Below the pieces are notes generated by a model. That model did not search any database. It was given only the letters and a program-made list of their open reading frames with translations, and was not told the DNA's origin. Made by a program: the position numbers and the translations under genes. A DNA stretch of 64,000 nt from Trichoplax adhaerens (Eukaryota; Animalia; Placozoa). Positions 14,840 through 28,819 of this stretch are shown here, one piece after another (the first letter of the stretch is position 1; the number at the start of each line of letters is the position of its first letter). Location of the stretch: assembly GCF_000150275.1 (NCBI RefSeq), contig NW_002060944.1, positions 5,150,123-5,214,122 of the forward strand, in the 5' to 3' direction.

Positions 14840-15908
14840 TTTGTCCTAAATTTCAATGTAATTCATAATAATTATTTCCCAATAAAGATTCTAATAAATT
14901 AAGTTTGTTGTACGATCTCAATAAAAGTCTAAACGATGCATTAAAATGAAAGCTCTATATTTAAAATATTAATATCGAAAGGTGAGAAGAGGCTTTAAAT
15001 AAGAGACATCCAATATAAATGTCAGCGAAATTTTCCAATATAATACAAATTGAACATCATTTACTATAATTAAACTTGCTCTTACTAGGGATAAGAAATA
15101 AATATCATTTTATTGAAGTATTTTGTATGCTGTAAATTCTACTCTTGTTTAACTTTACTTGCTAATATTTTAGTATTTTGTGAGTAGGCATTGGAAGAAA
15201 CTGCAAATAAAACTTCTATACGATGCTGTACACGATCATGGAATTGCAATACTTTTATTTCAACCATTTTACAGCTATTACAAAGTTCTAGATCGATATA
15301 TTATGTCGAAAATGTGGTTAGGACTCTCGTAGATTTAGATTATTTATACAGTATATGTGAAATAATATAATCAATTTGTATAAGTTCATAACTATACGAT
15401 AAATTTGGCTTGATTTCAATTATTATAACTGGAAATCATATTCGTATATTGTCTACTCGTTCCAACCATGGTTGCTCAAGCATTACAACAGTCTATTGTT
15501 GACAATATTAACCCTCTTTGTTCCTTATTGATTTCTTAGTTATTTACCTGACTTAGTTACTACTCTTAAAAAATTATAATAATTTGACGATATATTTTTT
15601 TGCATGTTAATATTCCTAGTGGCAATATTTAGCTTACTTTCAATTTGAGTTTGGCTGTCCAATGATAATATTAATCGGTTGTTAGCAGACGTCGATTACT
15701 TCTCCAATGTCAATTTCTTTTAATGTTACTGACAGTAATAAAAGTAACACCCTGTCGTCTTGATAATACTATTTTTCTTGATTTAGAACTCAAGCTAAAT
15801 AAGTGACAGAATACAAGGCAAAATCACTACATGAATAATTCTATTAATCGATTAGTATGGAATAATCTTGGCTAGCGATGATTGCTATCTGGGCATTATC
15901 TTGTCTCC

Positions 15909-15922
15909 GTTACCTAAGTAAC
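15909..15922. promoter_or_regulatory. RFX X-box upstream of ODF2
   Basis: GTTACCTAAGTAAC fits GTNRCC(N0-3)RGYAAC exactly. It lies about 1.07 kb upstream of the ODF2 ATG, just upstream of a probable 5' UTR exon (minus-strand donor near 15548). Confidence 0.7.
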
Positions 15923-16214
15923 TGACGCATATCTCTGCTATTTGATTGGATAGGTTGGCGTTGGAAGGACAGCAAGTCCAATCCTGGCAGCAATAGTTTT
16001 CTCCACTTTCTGCTCATGCGTAGCAATGGCCATCTTCAGTAGAATAAATAATAAATAAGGGTAAATAATAATAATCCGTTACTGACATTGATATTATGAT
16101 CAAGGCTGAAAAGCTACTGATTGTATTTGGTTTTAAACTACTCCTAAATAATATTAACAGAAACTACTGGTATTCTACGGTAGCTACGGTAATTATAGCA
16201 AGTATATGTCGAGC

Positions 16215-16950
16215 ATCGTACCTATAGATAGGCTCGAATTTTCTGGATATCTCATTTATTATATAAACGAATATTTCTCGTTGTGATATATACTGATCAC
16301 GAAATTCCAAATTTTAGAAAAATAAGGGCTTTATACTAAGTTACATTACACTCGTATGTCTCGAATTTGTAAATAAGGGTATACGTTGTATGACGTACTG
16401 TATAAACGGGTATAGATACAAAAACGCTTTATATTTATATTCTTAGATAGCTTTCAAGTTAACCCTTTGGCGTTACAATATTACAATAAATTACACTAAA
16501 GTACAAGTGGACATATATCAATTCTATAATAATATTTGCATAACTTATAACTAACGATATGCATGTTGTATAGGCGGTAGAACCTATAGATATACTCAGA
16601 TTTTCTAGGTGTCTCATTAATTATAATCATATGTCTCTAATTTGTAAATAAAGTAATATAAAATATATATGCGCACAGATACAATAGTGTCTTGCACAGT
16701 ATTTATATTCTTAGGTAGCTTTCAAGTTAACTCTTTGCCATTAAAATATTACAATAAATTACACTAAAGTACGAGTATAGGTATATTAATTTATTATTAA
16801 TTATAAATTAATGTAATTACTGCATACTAGTAATCTATAACTAATGATATTTTAAATAGATAATAGCATCTCGTATTTATTCTCTGCAGTAGATGTCAAG
16901 TAACCCTCTAACATTTAAACATTATAATAAATTGGTATAGGGTACTGTGC
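16215..16950. repeat. Degenerate local tandem duplication, 2-3 copies
   Basis: The block tatttatattcttag.tagctttcaagttaac.cttt...aatattacaataaattacactaaagtac occurs at about 16432 and 16700, with a diverged third copy at about 16875. The block acctatagata...attttct...tctcatt occurs at about 16220 and 16581. Confidence 0.75.
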
Positions 16951-18162
16951 TAATCTTTACCTGTTTAATAATAATTATTGTATAACATAGAACTCGATAT
17001 TCCATTCATTTGGGCTGAGTAAATAGTTAATTACGGCACAGGTCTATGATATTGTACTCGTAACTGCAAGCTTTCCAATTGAATCAACATATATTTATAT
17101 GTATTACAAGCTTTGGTTTAGCACTGCAGATGTAGATACAGTATGGAATTTTGTGAAGTACAATTTAGTAGGAATTTGTTACTATAATACTGAAAAATCG
17201 GAGGATTACTTTGAATGCTATTTGCAAGTGCAAATGTGAAATGTCAATGTTGGCAATGTATCATTATTTATGGGTCTATAGCTCTAATTAACTATTTAAA
17301 AATTCGCAAAGTCAAACTGGTATCATGAGCTAATCTGCTACTCAGGCTTTGTAGAAGCTAGTAAGAATATTTCGAATATCGAATGACTAAAAATTGGCGA
17401 TGGAATTTGCTCGAAATAACATTATTCATAACAATATCAGTTAGTTCCTGAATCCGGCTGCACGTCTTTATTTGGTGAAACTTTATTAATTTAAAGTTAA
17501 AGAGATTGTGATTCGATGTGCATCATTACATTTTCGCAACCAAATCATAAAACCAACTATGGATTCTATCTTATTATACGTGTAACATAACCAAATTTAA
17601 TTTGGGAACACACATTCATTGATTAAATGTGATAATATACACTAATATGACAACATGTGATTTATAAATAAATTTTGCATGCTCAAATTTAGTTAGATGT
17701 AGCCTCACTGCAATGGGGAGATTGTGATAGAAATTATGCGAATTTTATTACGCCAATCTTGTAATTCTTTCATATTAATAGTGTAAAAATTAAATACAAG
17801 TATCTGGAACTTAATAATTTGAAGAAGATTAAGATCATCAACGCCTGAGTTTCGCAATAACTTAAATTGGGAAGATCGAAGTAGGAACGGATTATAAAAT
17901 CGACAAGCTAAATACTAGATAGAATTTACGCATACTTTATGAGTCATCGTACTAGCCGATAGCGATTCATATTCAACTGGTAGAGTTGCTGCTTTGATAC
18001 AAATCACGATACAACATAATTGATTAACTATGGTATAGCCTCGAATTAAAATTGTATCATTACGTTATTTACGTCAGTAGATCAGAACTCTGGGATTTCA
18101 TGGTTAATGAGGAAATAGTTAGCGCCAACTATGGTGATACCTGTAATAATTAGGAATAATCT

Positions 18163-20334
18163 TTATTTAACATGTTGATACCAAGAGCTAATGTCGTTCG
18201 CCAGAGCCTTTTTTTTTTGGAAAACGTCTTGAAGAAATTGCGACCATTCATATTTTGTTAATGGCTTAAAAAATGGATCTTCCGCTTGATTGACAGTATC
18301 TGGTAACTTTCTCTCTTCATCTATGGACTGTATATTGGTTGTATTGTTACCTGAATCAGTGCCACTGCCTTGACTAGTAGGAGGAGTATGATATTCATAT
18401 TTATCTCGATCTGTCTCAAAGGAATTCATTATTTCATCGTCACTTTTATTATCCTTATTTTTATTTTTCTGCGGTGGCTTGTTGACACCCTCAGCAACAG
18501 TTAATTCATCAATATGTACGGGTGCGATTCCATCACTAGCCCCGCCATTAGAGATTACGCTATCGTCGAATTCTTGACACGTCGATTTCTGCGATGGTGA
18601 TTGAGATATCGGATCGACACGATGACTCTCTTTCTTCGGCATTAATCCTTCCGAAGTATCATTATTTGAAGAAGTCTTGCTACTATCCAGTAGTATAAGT
18701 GTTCGCCCTATTCCACTAACGTTTTCATCGCCATCATAATTATCGAAATGATCTATATTACTACAATGACTCTTTTGCGATGATTGAGTAATATTTACAT
18801 CTGTTTTATCGTCACCTTGAGGTGCATCGTCGATATTTATATCTGTTTCCGTGTCAGTAAATAATACTGTTGTTACATTATGAGGGCAAGGAACAGAAGC
18901 TAATTCGATACTTTCTTGACTATTTATAATGCTAGGTTTAGATTGATCGGTAATATTATTAACATTTCTATCCGGTGTGACTGCAGCTGAGCTTTTCGTC
19001 TTAACAGAAGCTTCATCTAGCAGTGCATAGTTGAGGAGGATATCATCTTCGTTCTTCGTTTTTGTAGTCTCGTCTATTTGTTTGTCTACCTCAGTCTTTT
19101 GACCATTTGTTTCATCTGTTGATGATGTAACATTGCCACTACAACCATCATCTTGTGTCTCTTGTTGATACTCAATCCTGCCATGTTTGGCTCTTTTTTT
19201 AATATTGCTTTTGCTATATTTCCTTTTCAATGTGTTACGATTGTCGTTGGAATTTCTTAAATCTTGCACGAGTTGACCGGCTTGATTATAGCCATACATA
19301 AATTGTGCAACACTAACAGGTACAGTAAAAGCTCGAGGCTGAGCTTGATCACAAAATTCCTTGAAACATGTCATATCATTCCAACTTTCACCTAGTGCAG
19401 TATCAGCAATATGATGAATAATGGGTGTAATACGACATGGCTTTACAACACTAACAAATTGTCTTAATTCATTATAGTTGGAATGATCTGAATAATGGAC
19501 GACATAGATGCGTTTATCAAGAATAGGAGGTCGATCTTGATAAATATATAATGCTGTTGGTATAATCGCTATAGTTGGACCAGATTGTTGATTCCATCTT
19601 TCAATAGTAGAATCAGTAATTTCATTTTTATACTTGACTATAATTCTGCCCATATCCATTTGATCGGTGAAAACGTTTAAACAGCCTAATAAATTTAACC
19701 GTTGCATTCGTTTAGAATCAACAACAATCATGGTTTGCAATTTCACAGCTAATTGCTCTAATAATTTTTCTTTACCAAGATGTGTGAGACCGATAATAAC
19801 GTTCGAAGTAGGATTTTGTTGGATAATATTCAAGATGATTTGAAAAGCATCATGACGTGTAGGAAATTGTGCTTTAGGATTGCAATAAGTATTATCTAAG
19901 AATAATTGATCGACCTGTTTAGATTGCGGAAAGCCAGGTTGTAAATGTAATTGGTCATCATAGCGAAAATCACCAGTATACAAGATACAGCCAAAATAGC
20001 CTTCAAAGAGAAACATGACTGCACCCGGGCAATGATTTGCATCTAAAAGAGTAACCGACATGGTTTCACAACCCATCTCATCGACAGGTATAACATGAGG
20101 TTGGCCAGTTTGTAGTGATACGACTAGGTCAGATCGGATTGACATTTCATGAATTAATAACGAAGCAGTGATTTCAGAGCAATAGATTTTCAACGACCAT
20201 GATGAATTAAGCCCTTCCATATGATCTGCATGATAATGTGAGAGGAAAAAGAGCTTGCTTTGGTTGCATTGGCGTTCCCGCCAATAATCAATGGCGATAG
20301 GAGTGTCTGGGATTAGGACGCCGTTTCCAATCAT
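18163..20334 (-). CDS. DCLRE1B: 5' exonuclease Apollo / SNM1B (metallo-beta-lactamase + beta-CASP), single exon, 723 aa
   Basis: MIGNGVLIPDTPIAIDYW start, HxHxDH motif (SHYHADH), TLLDANHCPGAVMFLFEGYFG.ILYTGDFRY, LFLDNTYC and YSDHS motifs, followed by a long low-complexity tail. Confidence 0.95.
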   Translation of the reverse strand: MIGNGVLIPDTPIAIDYWRERQCNQSKLFFLSHYHADHMEGLNSSWSLKIYCSEITASLLIHEMSIRSDLVVSLQTGQPHVIPVDEMGCETMSVTLLDANHCPGAVMFLFEGYFGCILYTGDFRYDDQLHLQPGFPQSKQVDQLFLDNTYCNPKAQFPTRHDAFQIILNIIQQNPTSNVIIGLTHLGKEKLLEQLAVKLQTMIVVDSKRMQRLNLLGCLNVFTDQMDMGRIIVKYKNEITDSTIERWNQQSGPTIAIIPTALYIYQDRPPILDKRIYVVHYSDHSNYNELRQFVSVVKPCRITPIIHHIADTALGESWNDMTCFKEFCDQAQPRAFTVPVSVAQFMYGYNQAGQLVQDLRNSNDNRNTLKRKYSKSNIKKRAKHGRIEYQQETQDDGCSGNVTSSTDETNGQKTEVDKQIDETTKTKNEDDILLNYALLDEASVKTKSSAAVTPDRNVNNITDQSKPSIINSQESIELASVPCPHNVTTVLFTDTETDINIDDAPQGDDKTDVNITQSSQKSHCSNIDHFDNYDGDENVSGIGRTLILLDSSKTSSNNDTSEGLMPKKESHRVDPISQSPSQKSTCQEFDDSVISNGGASDGIAPVHIDELTVAEGVNKPPQKNKNKDNKSDDEIMNSFETDRDKYEYHTPPTSQGSGTDSGNNTTNIQSIDEERKLPDTVNQAEDPFFKPLTKYEWSQFLQDVFQKKKALANDISSWYQHVK

Positions 20335-22235
20335 CTTTAGCAGATAGAAGCGACTATTTACATGTAGAATCGATAACTATGATGATAAAGAATCCATAGA
20401 ATAGATTGGTTTGCTTTGCAAGATGTTGGATGTTGCAGCAGCTGGATCGACCTCAAAGCTCTACCTACCTTGCTGTCTGCAACTACTGTCAATGACGTTC
20501 CTCGCAGTCAAAGTACGCAAAAATGTCCCAACTCTCATACTGTAGTTGTTAGCTTCTACCGTTCCCCTGGCTATGACCAAATCTCCAATCTCGCCAATTT
20601 ACTAGTACAGTATAGCGAATGCTACTGCTCCATTCTGACTATAAAATAATAAGGAAATGATATAATACTTAAAGGAAAGAATTCAACTGCTTGCTATTTC
20701 GTTGATGCAGAAGCTAAAGCTAGCATGCATTCGCTCCATTAACAAGCGCAAAACTAGTCTACACTATTGCAAACAAGGCGTTGGAATTACAGCAGTTGGA
20801 ACGCTGTTGTGCAAAGGGTTTTTGGCGTTCGCCTCACTGCACCGCCATTGGCTCACTACAGCAGTTGAATAACGAAATGTTAATCAACTGTTAATGTATA
20901 ACCTATCCATCAGAAAAGACCAAAGTCAGGCCGATAGAGGTAAATAAATAATAAAAAAACAGAGATTTTTTGCACCGAGGCTACAGTGATGTAGCAGCGG
21001 TGAGTAGGACAGTATAGCATTGCAGTTGTTAAGCTTATTTCTGCGGAGTAGCTTTGCACGTAGAGTATGTAATCAGCGAGGTTGCTGAGCTAATTTAAAA
21101 AGGGCCAATCTACCTAATGCCGAACGGTACGATAAGTGTTATGCCCAAGGCATGAGTAGTACAGCATCGCAGTATCTATTCTAGTAGTGCTGTGCTGTTC
21201 AACATTAATTCTAAAGCCAATGATATACTCTAGAGAGTAGAGAGATTCAGTTTGGATTGCAACTCGATTGCCATGTCTGCAAAGCAGTTTATTGGCTTGT
21301 ACTGTCTACAAAAGAGTAAACTACAATATTGCCACACTAGACAGCATCGCAATTTCTCTTCTGTACTGTAGTAAAGGCACTCAACAAGGTCTCTCTTACC
21401 CTAGAAATAGTTGAACACTGAACAGCACAGTGCTGTACTGCAATTGGCAGAGGTCTTGTAAGCAGTGGTTCCTGTACAGTGCACAGCAGTTTTGTCAGCT
21501 GGAAGAGGCTATACCTAATCTACCTAACGTGCAGCAACATCTACATTATGAAGTAAGTGATGCAGCTCTGCCAATAAACTGCAAAAAGTCGACAGATATG
21601 ACAGTCAACAGCAATGCATGCATGCATGCACGCATCATCACTTCTACAATCAAGGTAACTTCGCCTAGGTGATTCTTTCCATGCATGACAGTTTGGTAAA
21701 CAAGGCGAGCTTGGCTGCAGTAGACCAGACTACCAGTAGTAGCTTGAGATTAGCAAACTCTTAAACTTTTAATCAACAAATTATAATATCTTTCACTAGC
21801 CACACTTAACCATTATTTTAATATACTAATAGTGAGTATTTTACTAGAAGATCGACGCTGAAATCTAACCTGTAATAGATCGCCAGCACAGTACTACGAA
21901 TCGCAAGTACCGCCATTACAGTAGGTCTTCCTAGAACATTTCGTTGTGGTGAAACTCTTTCTCTTAAAAGTTGGTATGGAACAGTACTTACTATAGCCAT
22001 GGCTACACTTCTTAATTGAGTTGGCAATGGCTCCATGAGATATTAAAATCCTTCTTGATGAATCATCCTTACTGCCTAGAACTGTTAGTGTCCTTCATTA
22101 TAGCGATAGTTCAGTAATTTAAAAAGTTGTTGCTCAATTACTTATTGAGGAAAGAACGCAAAGAACATCCCATCAGCGAATCTCCGAATAAGAGCATCCA
22201 CTAGTGCTTGATATCAGCTCTCATACCCCGTAGAT

Positions 22236-25200
22236 ATGGCCAAATCTCACACTGTTATTGGCAATTGTTTTACCAAAGAATTTACTTTAAAATCCAATCA
22301 TGACAATTTGTATAATTTACTAACACTAGACTGCGATAAAATATTTACAACTGCTTCTTGGTCGCTTGATCAATTCTCGAAGTTAGAAAAGGAATTGAAT
22401 GAGATTAAGTCACGTTTAAATGATTATGATATCAAAGTCTGGCAGCAACACACATCATATACTAACTTAGCCCATGATATTGTCTTCCAGTTAAAGCAGC
22501 AATGCTATCCTGAGCTGTGCACGCAAGCTTGGGCTAAGTTTTATGAGATTTTGCATCGCTGCAATATTGATCAACGCTTAAATTTACAACAATGGTCTGA
22601 TGATCTAGATTTATCACAGATACCTTTAAGCTCATTGCATTTATGTGAAGGTCCAGGTGCTTTCATGACCAGCTTCAATCATTACCTTAAGTCGCATTAT
22701 CCGCATTTACCTTGGCAATGGCTTGCAATGACATTAAATCCGTACTATGAAGGGAATAAAGATGGTAGCACTATCACTGACAATCGACTCATTTCCAAAA
22801 CTTTATCACATTGGAACTTTGGTCGAGACAATTCCGGCAATATATTGCATCGTCACAATATGACTTTTCTGGTTGAGTCATTAAGTCAATGGCCATCTAT
22901 ACGTTTGGTAAGAGATCGATAGTCTTCATGCTTCTTTACCAAACTACCTTGCAATAGATAATTATATAATTTTATCGATGAACCTCTATGAATAAATTCC
23001 TAGAGATAACAGCTATTCATATAAGAGATTAAAATAGATATAATAACATATACCTTGCACTACAATATACTGTATATATACAATCAGGAAATACTTTCAT
23101 GAATTATACTATGTTTGAGTGACACCTATAATTGAATAAAACACATTATTTGCTAAATTTAAGTTGCTAAAAGCGTATTAATTCTTCTTTTTGGATTACT
23201 GTATTTCAGGTAACTGCTGATGGAAGTATTGATTGTTCTGATCGTCCAGGACAGCAAGAGGCTATTGTATCTCCAATTCTTTACTGTGAAACATTAACCG
23301 CATTAAGAATATTAACTAAAGATGGGGTTTACGTATTGAAAATGTTTACGTCGTTCCAACATCGTTCAATATGCTTAATTTATTTGCTATTAAATGTATT
23401 TCAAGAGGTATAAATATTTCAATGTTTTCATTCATACAACTGTTATCAACATCGAATCTAATGCTTATTTATTTGACTAACTTTTTTATGCTAATGGTAA
23501 ATTACTCTTGATCAGGTTAAAGCTATTAAACCTTCATGTAGTAAGAGCGGCAACTCTGAAGTTTACATAATTTGCATCGGATACATTGGTTTTAACGCTA
23601 TACCAAAGCAATTTTGGGATAACTTATGTGCTAATTATGGTAATTACAAGTAGTACACATCGTTTATTTTACGAGTATGCAAGGATTTATAAACTGTTAC
23701 TCTTGCATTCTATAGGGCTTGAAGACAGATGTATTTCACTCTTTCCTCTAGACTATATACCAGTACCTATTATTGATAAAATATACACTTTTTGCCAGTA
23801 TTTTTCAACTCTACAGGTACGTTGTGTGATAGATTTTTTATACTCTGGCATATCTTCGACAATATCGCGTTCGCCAGTAGTTTTCAATAATAAATAAATG
23901 AATCAAGGGATGTTTAACGCAGGAAATTTTTATTCTTAGTTTAGAAACAAAGTTAATGATAGCGTAAAAGTATTTTACTATTAACGTAGATAATACTATT
24001 AAATATGTAAGCTCACTGTATCTATTAAGTAATTAAATCAACCCTAGTAAACAGTAAATTATCTATTAATAATTATATAATTTATAATTGCTTACGACAC
24101 GGATATAAAAATATTCCTTTGCTATACTCGTTCTTATTTGGATAATTTCAAATAATGATAGATTGATGCTATTCAGCGAAATATCCGACTGTTTGATACG
24201 TTAAATAAGTCAAACAGAAAATTTATTAGCAAGGTATCATACATCATTTGTTACATTTGCACAATAAATTATACCGTTTTATTTTATAAATAACCTAAGC
24301 TGCACAGTTTTATAATACACGTATTATAGGCTAAAAAGGCAATAGCGAAAGAATATATTACAAGGTATCAAGTTTACGAAATTCAGCCTGAAAAAAAGAT
24401 TGTATCCTCGGTAGACGTGGTAAAGAAAAATAAATGATCATTTCGCCCGCTTGATTCGCTAGTACATTTTTATATTAGGCATAAATGAAAGTGATTTGAA
24501 TATTTCTTAAGTTCTGCTTTTCTTGATTAAAGAATCTAAGCAGAAGAGACGATAAATTTAAGAGCATCGGATCAAAGGCCGGTAGTTTTAACCAACGTGT
24601 TGGCCAAACAAAGAGAAAATGGTCAGAATCGGTTAATGATTATAATATTCCCGAATTACTGAAAATTGAGACAGGTACATTTGTTGTGCTATTTAAGCTA
24701 CCAACTTAAAGGACTTTTATTAATAAATTATGATTTTTCCCCCAGCTCCTTGCTCTAGTCGGTTCCCACGGAATAGAATATTTCGAGAAGAAATTTGTAA
24801 TTTACAGTGGCTTCATGTATGCAAGAGATAATTAGCGATTTCAGCTACTTGAAAATATTTTAACCTTAAGGAAGTAATTAATTTTAAATCACAAAACTTA
24901 TGCTAAATTTTTTGTAAATCAAAGTGTAATGACACGTTAATTGAAACTGAAAACTGGACAAGAACTTACGGTTTCTATCCTGCCGAGGTCCATTCTCGCT
25001 AAATGATTTTAATTCATACTGTTTAACAGTGCTACAAGCACGTAAATTCAATCTTTCTGAAGGATATTTTACACTTTAATAGATATGCAATTCATGCTTC
25101 GCTTCCAACGAGCTATTACTTGATGTCATGTCTGTACGCCAAGAACAGTCAAGACACAAACAGGAAATTAAGGTACGGAGATTAATATAGTCTTGATATA

Positions 25201-26943
25201 AGGAGTAGCACAATATCAGCATTGCAAATAAGTCATCAGTTTTATCGAGCGTAACAGTATTCTAGAATACGTAAATACTGACTCTTTACTTGTCTATGAT
25301 TCTAATACTTTCCTTGATACGAAATATGACTTCAACGATTACATCTGAATTATAATTAGCTCAGTAGATTGCGTCATCAAGTAATTACAGTAATAGGAGT
25401 AGCTACTATCTTGAAAATTGACGAGTGTAAACGATTAATCTACAGGTCACTGAATAAATTAGATTCGAAAGTATAAATCAAACTCGTAATTTAGGTTGCG
25501 TAGTTACAAATATAACTGCTTAATAAGAATTGATCATTCATCAATACTATATTTATTAATATTCAGACAATAGACAATTATCAGAACCATTCTTTAAGCC
25601 CAACATTTTACAGCAACAGCTGCTACAAAAGTATAGCTGATATATTATTGTCAGTTACGAAAACTGGCAATCAGGCAAAGTACGTAGTGTTATCAGGTAA
25701 AGTCCAACATATCCTTTCGAATATTTGTAATCAATCTGGAGTGAGCGACGACCAGGTAAGTTTATCCTCGATATCACAATTTACATCATGAGTTTGAGAT
25801 CCTCTTAAGTTTAATTAATTATCGATTCTTTGTACCTCACCTAGGTCAAAGTTATAACAACCAGCAATGAATCTGCACCTTGTTCCACATATTTTGCCAT
25901 ATCTTCCACATCCGAACTTATTAGCAGTTTTGATTCCTGTGAAAGGTAAAAAAGTTTGAACATTGTTAAATGATGCAGCATACAGGAATAATTTGATAGC
26001 ACTGATACTGTCCATCTACTTTTTGAAATACGTATATTTTAGCTAGATAGTATATTAATTTAGTTTAATATTATTATACATTAATTAGATATATACAAGA
26101 AACTTTCAAGGCTGTAGATATTGTATTCGCAGACTTTCATCCAGAATCAATCAAAGAGAGAGCTTCACAAACAAGCCATAATAAGTTAATTTTATCCGAA
26201 GTACTACTTGCTTGCAAGGTAAGATCAGTTCCGTTAAATTTTTACATTGATTAAAAATTGTGTAATGATATGCGATAATATTTTCTCGATAGGTATTGGC
26301 AATGAATGGTCACCTTATATTAACTGTTGGCGATTTACTGAGTCGTTTCCAGTGCAGTGTTGTATATATGCTTCACGTTTTTTTCAACAAGGTATCGTAT
26401 ATATACACGGTTTTGTTGTTAGTAATCTACAAGATACTAATCGTGGCATGGATATGATACTGTCCTATAGGTGTCTATACTACATTCGATTGATGATCAA
26501 ATTCGCTGCAAAACTATTATCTGTTGCGGATATCGTGGACCTGACACCTTGGCTCAAGCGATTAGTGTAATGTGCCGCTTAATTTCACTTAAATTTTTTG
26601 GTAATTCCTTCAATTCTATATTAGCTACAATTTACGTCTTGGTACTTCATTTATAGCATTTGCAGCAGACGCTTAGCATGGTATCAATATTACGTCACGA
26701 TGAAGATGGTACCAATGAAGTTGATCTTCTTTGCTTTGTGCCGATATCATTGCTAACTGACGAAGGTAGGAACTGTTATAAAAATTAGAATTACATTATT
26801 CACAGTTTCAGCAATAATAGCTTTCGTAATACCAGATGCGATTTCAACTATCTTTCATAGGATCAGAGTTTTATAGATATATATATGAAATTAATAATCG
26901 CAGTCTGGGATTTGAACTTGCTGTTCGAGCAAATAAAAAGTAG
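22236..26943 (+). CDS. CMTR2: Cap-specific mRNA (nucleoside-2'-O)-methyltransferase 2, about 17 coding exons
   Basis: Exon 22236-22907 has PELCTQAWAKFYEIL, SLHLCEGPGAF and TLNPYYEGN. Exon 23210-23407 has VTADGSIDC and VLKMFT. Exon 23516-23639 has KPSCSKSGNSEVY. Together these complete the K-D-K-E tetrad. The last two exons encode LCFVPISLL...FYRYIYEIN, with the stop at 26941-26943. Confidence 0.92.
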
Positions 26944-28819
26944 GCCACTCTCTGTGTTAATATGTGAAAGGCTAACATAATTCCATTGGATGATTTCGGA
27001 CGTTTCGATATCACAGCTATGGACAAAAGCTGATGGTTTAAGTACCGTAACAGAAATTAGAGGTAGCGTGGATTTTTACAATTTGCAAATGATTGACTTG
27101 AATTTGCTCCAATGTTTAAGTGCATTACTATCTTAAATTAATGTATTATAAATAGGATTACAGCATTTGTCAAGAATAATAGCATATACTGTGGTATCCC
27201 AGGTAGCTCTCATATTAGATGCAATCACTTAGCTGCTGAAGTATTTAGAAACTTGATCTATGATGAAGTTTGATTATTAGCTGAAGTAACTGATACTATT
27301 CGACATTATAGTTCATGTTTTTATTAGATGGATATATACAGTGAATCCACTCTAGACTACTTGTATCATTGCAGCTATACATCTGTGACAGTTTTAAATT
27401 GTCAGCATCTCTTTAACGCCAGTTTTAGATGTTTTCATAAATTAATTATTCATATGTAACTGCTTAGAGGCAAATAATTTTCGTATTTTACTGTATTGAA
27501 ACATAGGCGACTAGCTGTGTTATTATTGTTTGTGCTATAGTTTATTCTACAGTACCCGCCGCATGTGTAATAAAATGCTTCTCATGAACTGCCAAGCCTG
27601 TAACTGTAAATATACAATATGCTAATACGGCATGTAGCCTTGATTATATTGTCATAATTGCAAGGATAATTATCCGACGAATTTTGCTTAAAAGTAATCA
27701 AATTTATAGTTGAAACAATTTAAAAGTCTTAAATGGTTTTATTTTGTGTCAGTATCGCTACGTTATTGACAGTGTAGATTGAAATATTGTAATTTTTGCG
27801 ATTAGGAAATATTACGACAATGGTAGGTTACCAAAGCTACAACCGATAATATTTTTGATATCATTTGATTGTTAACTCTATAATTTATTTTTTACATCAT
27901 AATAAATGCTAGTGGCAAATGAATACCCTACTCAAAAATCATAGCATTTTGGTAACCGCTATTGCAGCATATAGGGCAACGAAAAGAATTAAATATAATT
28001 AACAATTAATTACAGTCAGCTTAGGCGATTCAATCCATATGAAACTGTCAATTTTAGGAATAATCTAAAATAAAAAATCATAAATTAAAGGGTAACCATA
28101 AAAAGTCCTGTCGTGAGATGAATTAATATAAAAGCACAGTTGTATTTAGAATACAATATCAAGACTTAGTCGGTTAATAATAACGTTTAAGCATGAAAAC
28201 ATAAAGCATAATATATATGTATTTACAAATCAATGCGCAGAATTATTATGATAAAGATAGAAGGACACTGTACATTGTTATCCAATATGCATGTCTAACA
28301 AGACTAGCTATCGGAGAATGTTAATTGAACTGAAAGGCGACTATTTTCTATTTGATTCAATTCCTAGGGGTAATTAATTAATTGATAACATCATTGAGAT
28401 TTATACAAATCTCAGCATCTATTACACTAAAACAATAATAAACTCTTCGTCCGGATTAAGATGAGCAACTGAGCATGCAAAAGGTGCCCAATTGCTGTAT
28501 TTGCTGACCATAGATAACAATCGCGGCATCAGTTTATAACTTTACAGAAATGAAAATATAGTATCGGTCTTGATTTATATCCATGATAAGCTAAATCTTT
28601 AAGATATGAACGCCAGATGTATTGAATTGTTAACTGACTAATTAAGCTAGCAAGAAAAAGGCAATTCTTTGTTCTTCAATATAGTACTAGTTAAAAGAGT
28701 TATATTGGTTCCATCTTTGATGCAACGAAGGAAATAGCATCTAGGGTTATGAACATCTATACACACTCTACAGTATGGCATTGGCTGATTTCCAGTTCGC
28801 TTGATGCTAGGCAAATTCT

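Noticed and set aside
20973-21002. SRP RNA helix 8 (AGG...GNRA...AGCAG look-alike)
   Set aside because: Spacing between AGG and the loop is 5 nt rather than 3, and no Alu domain or other SRP sequence flanks it.
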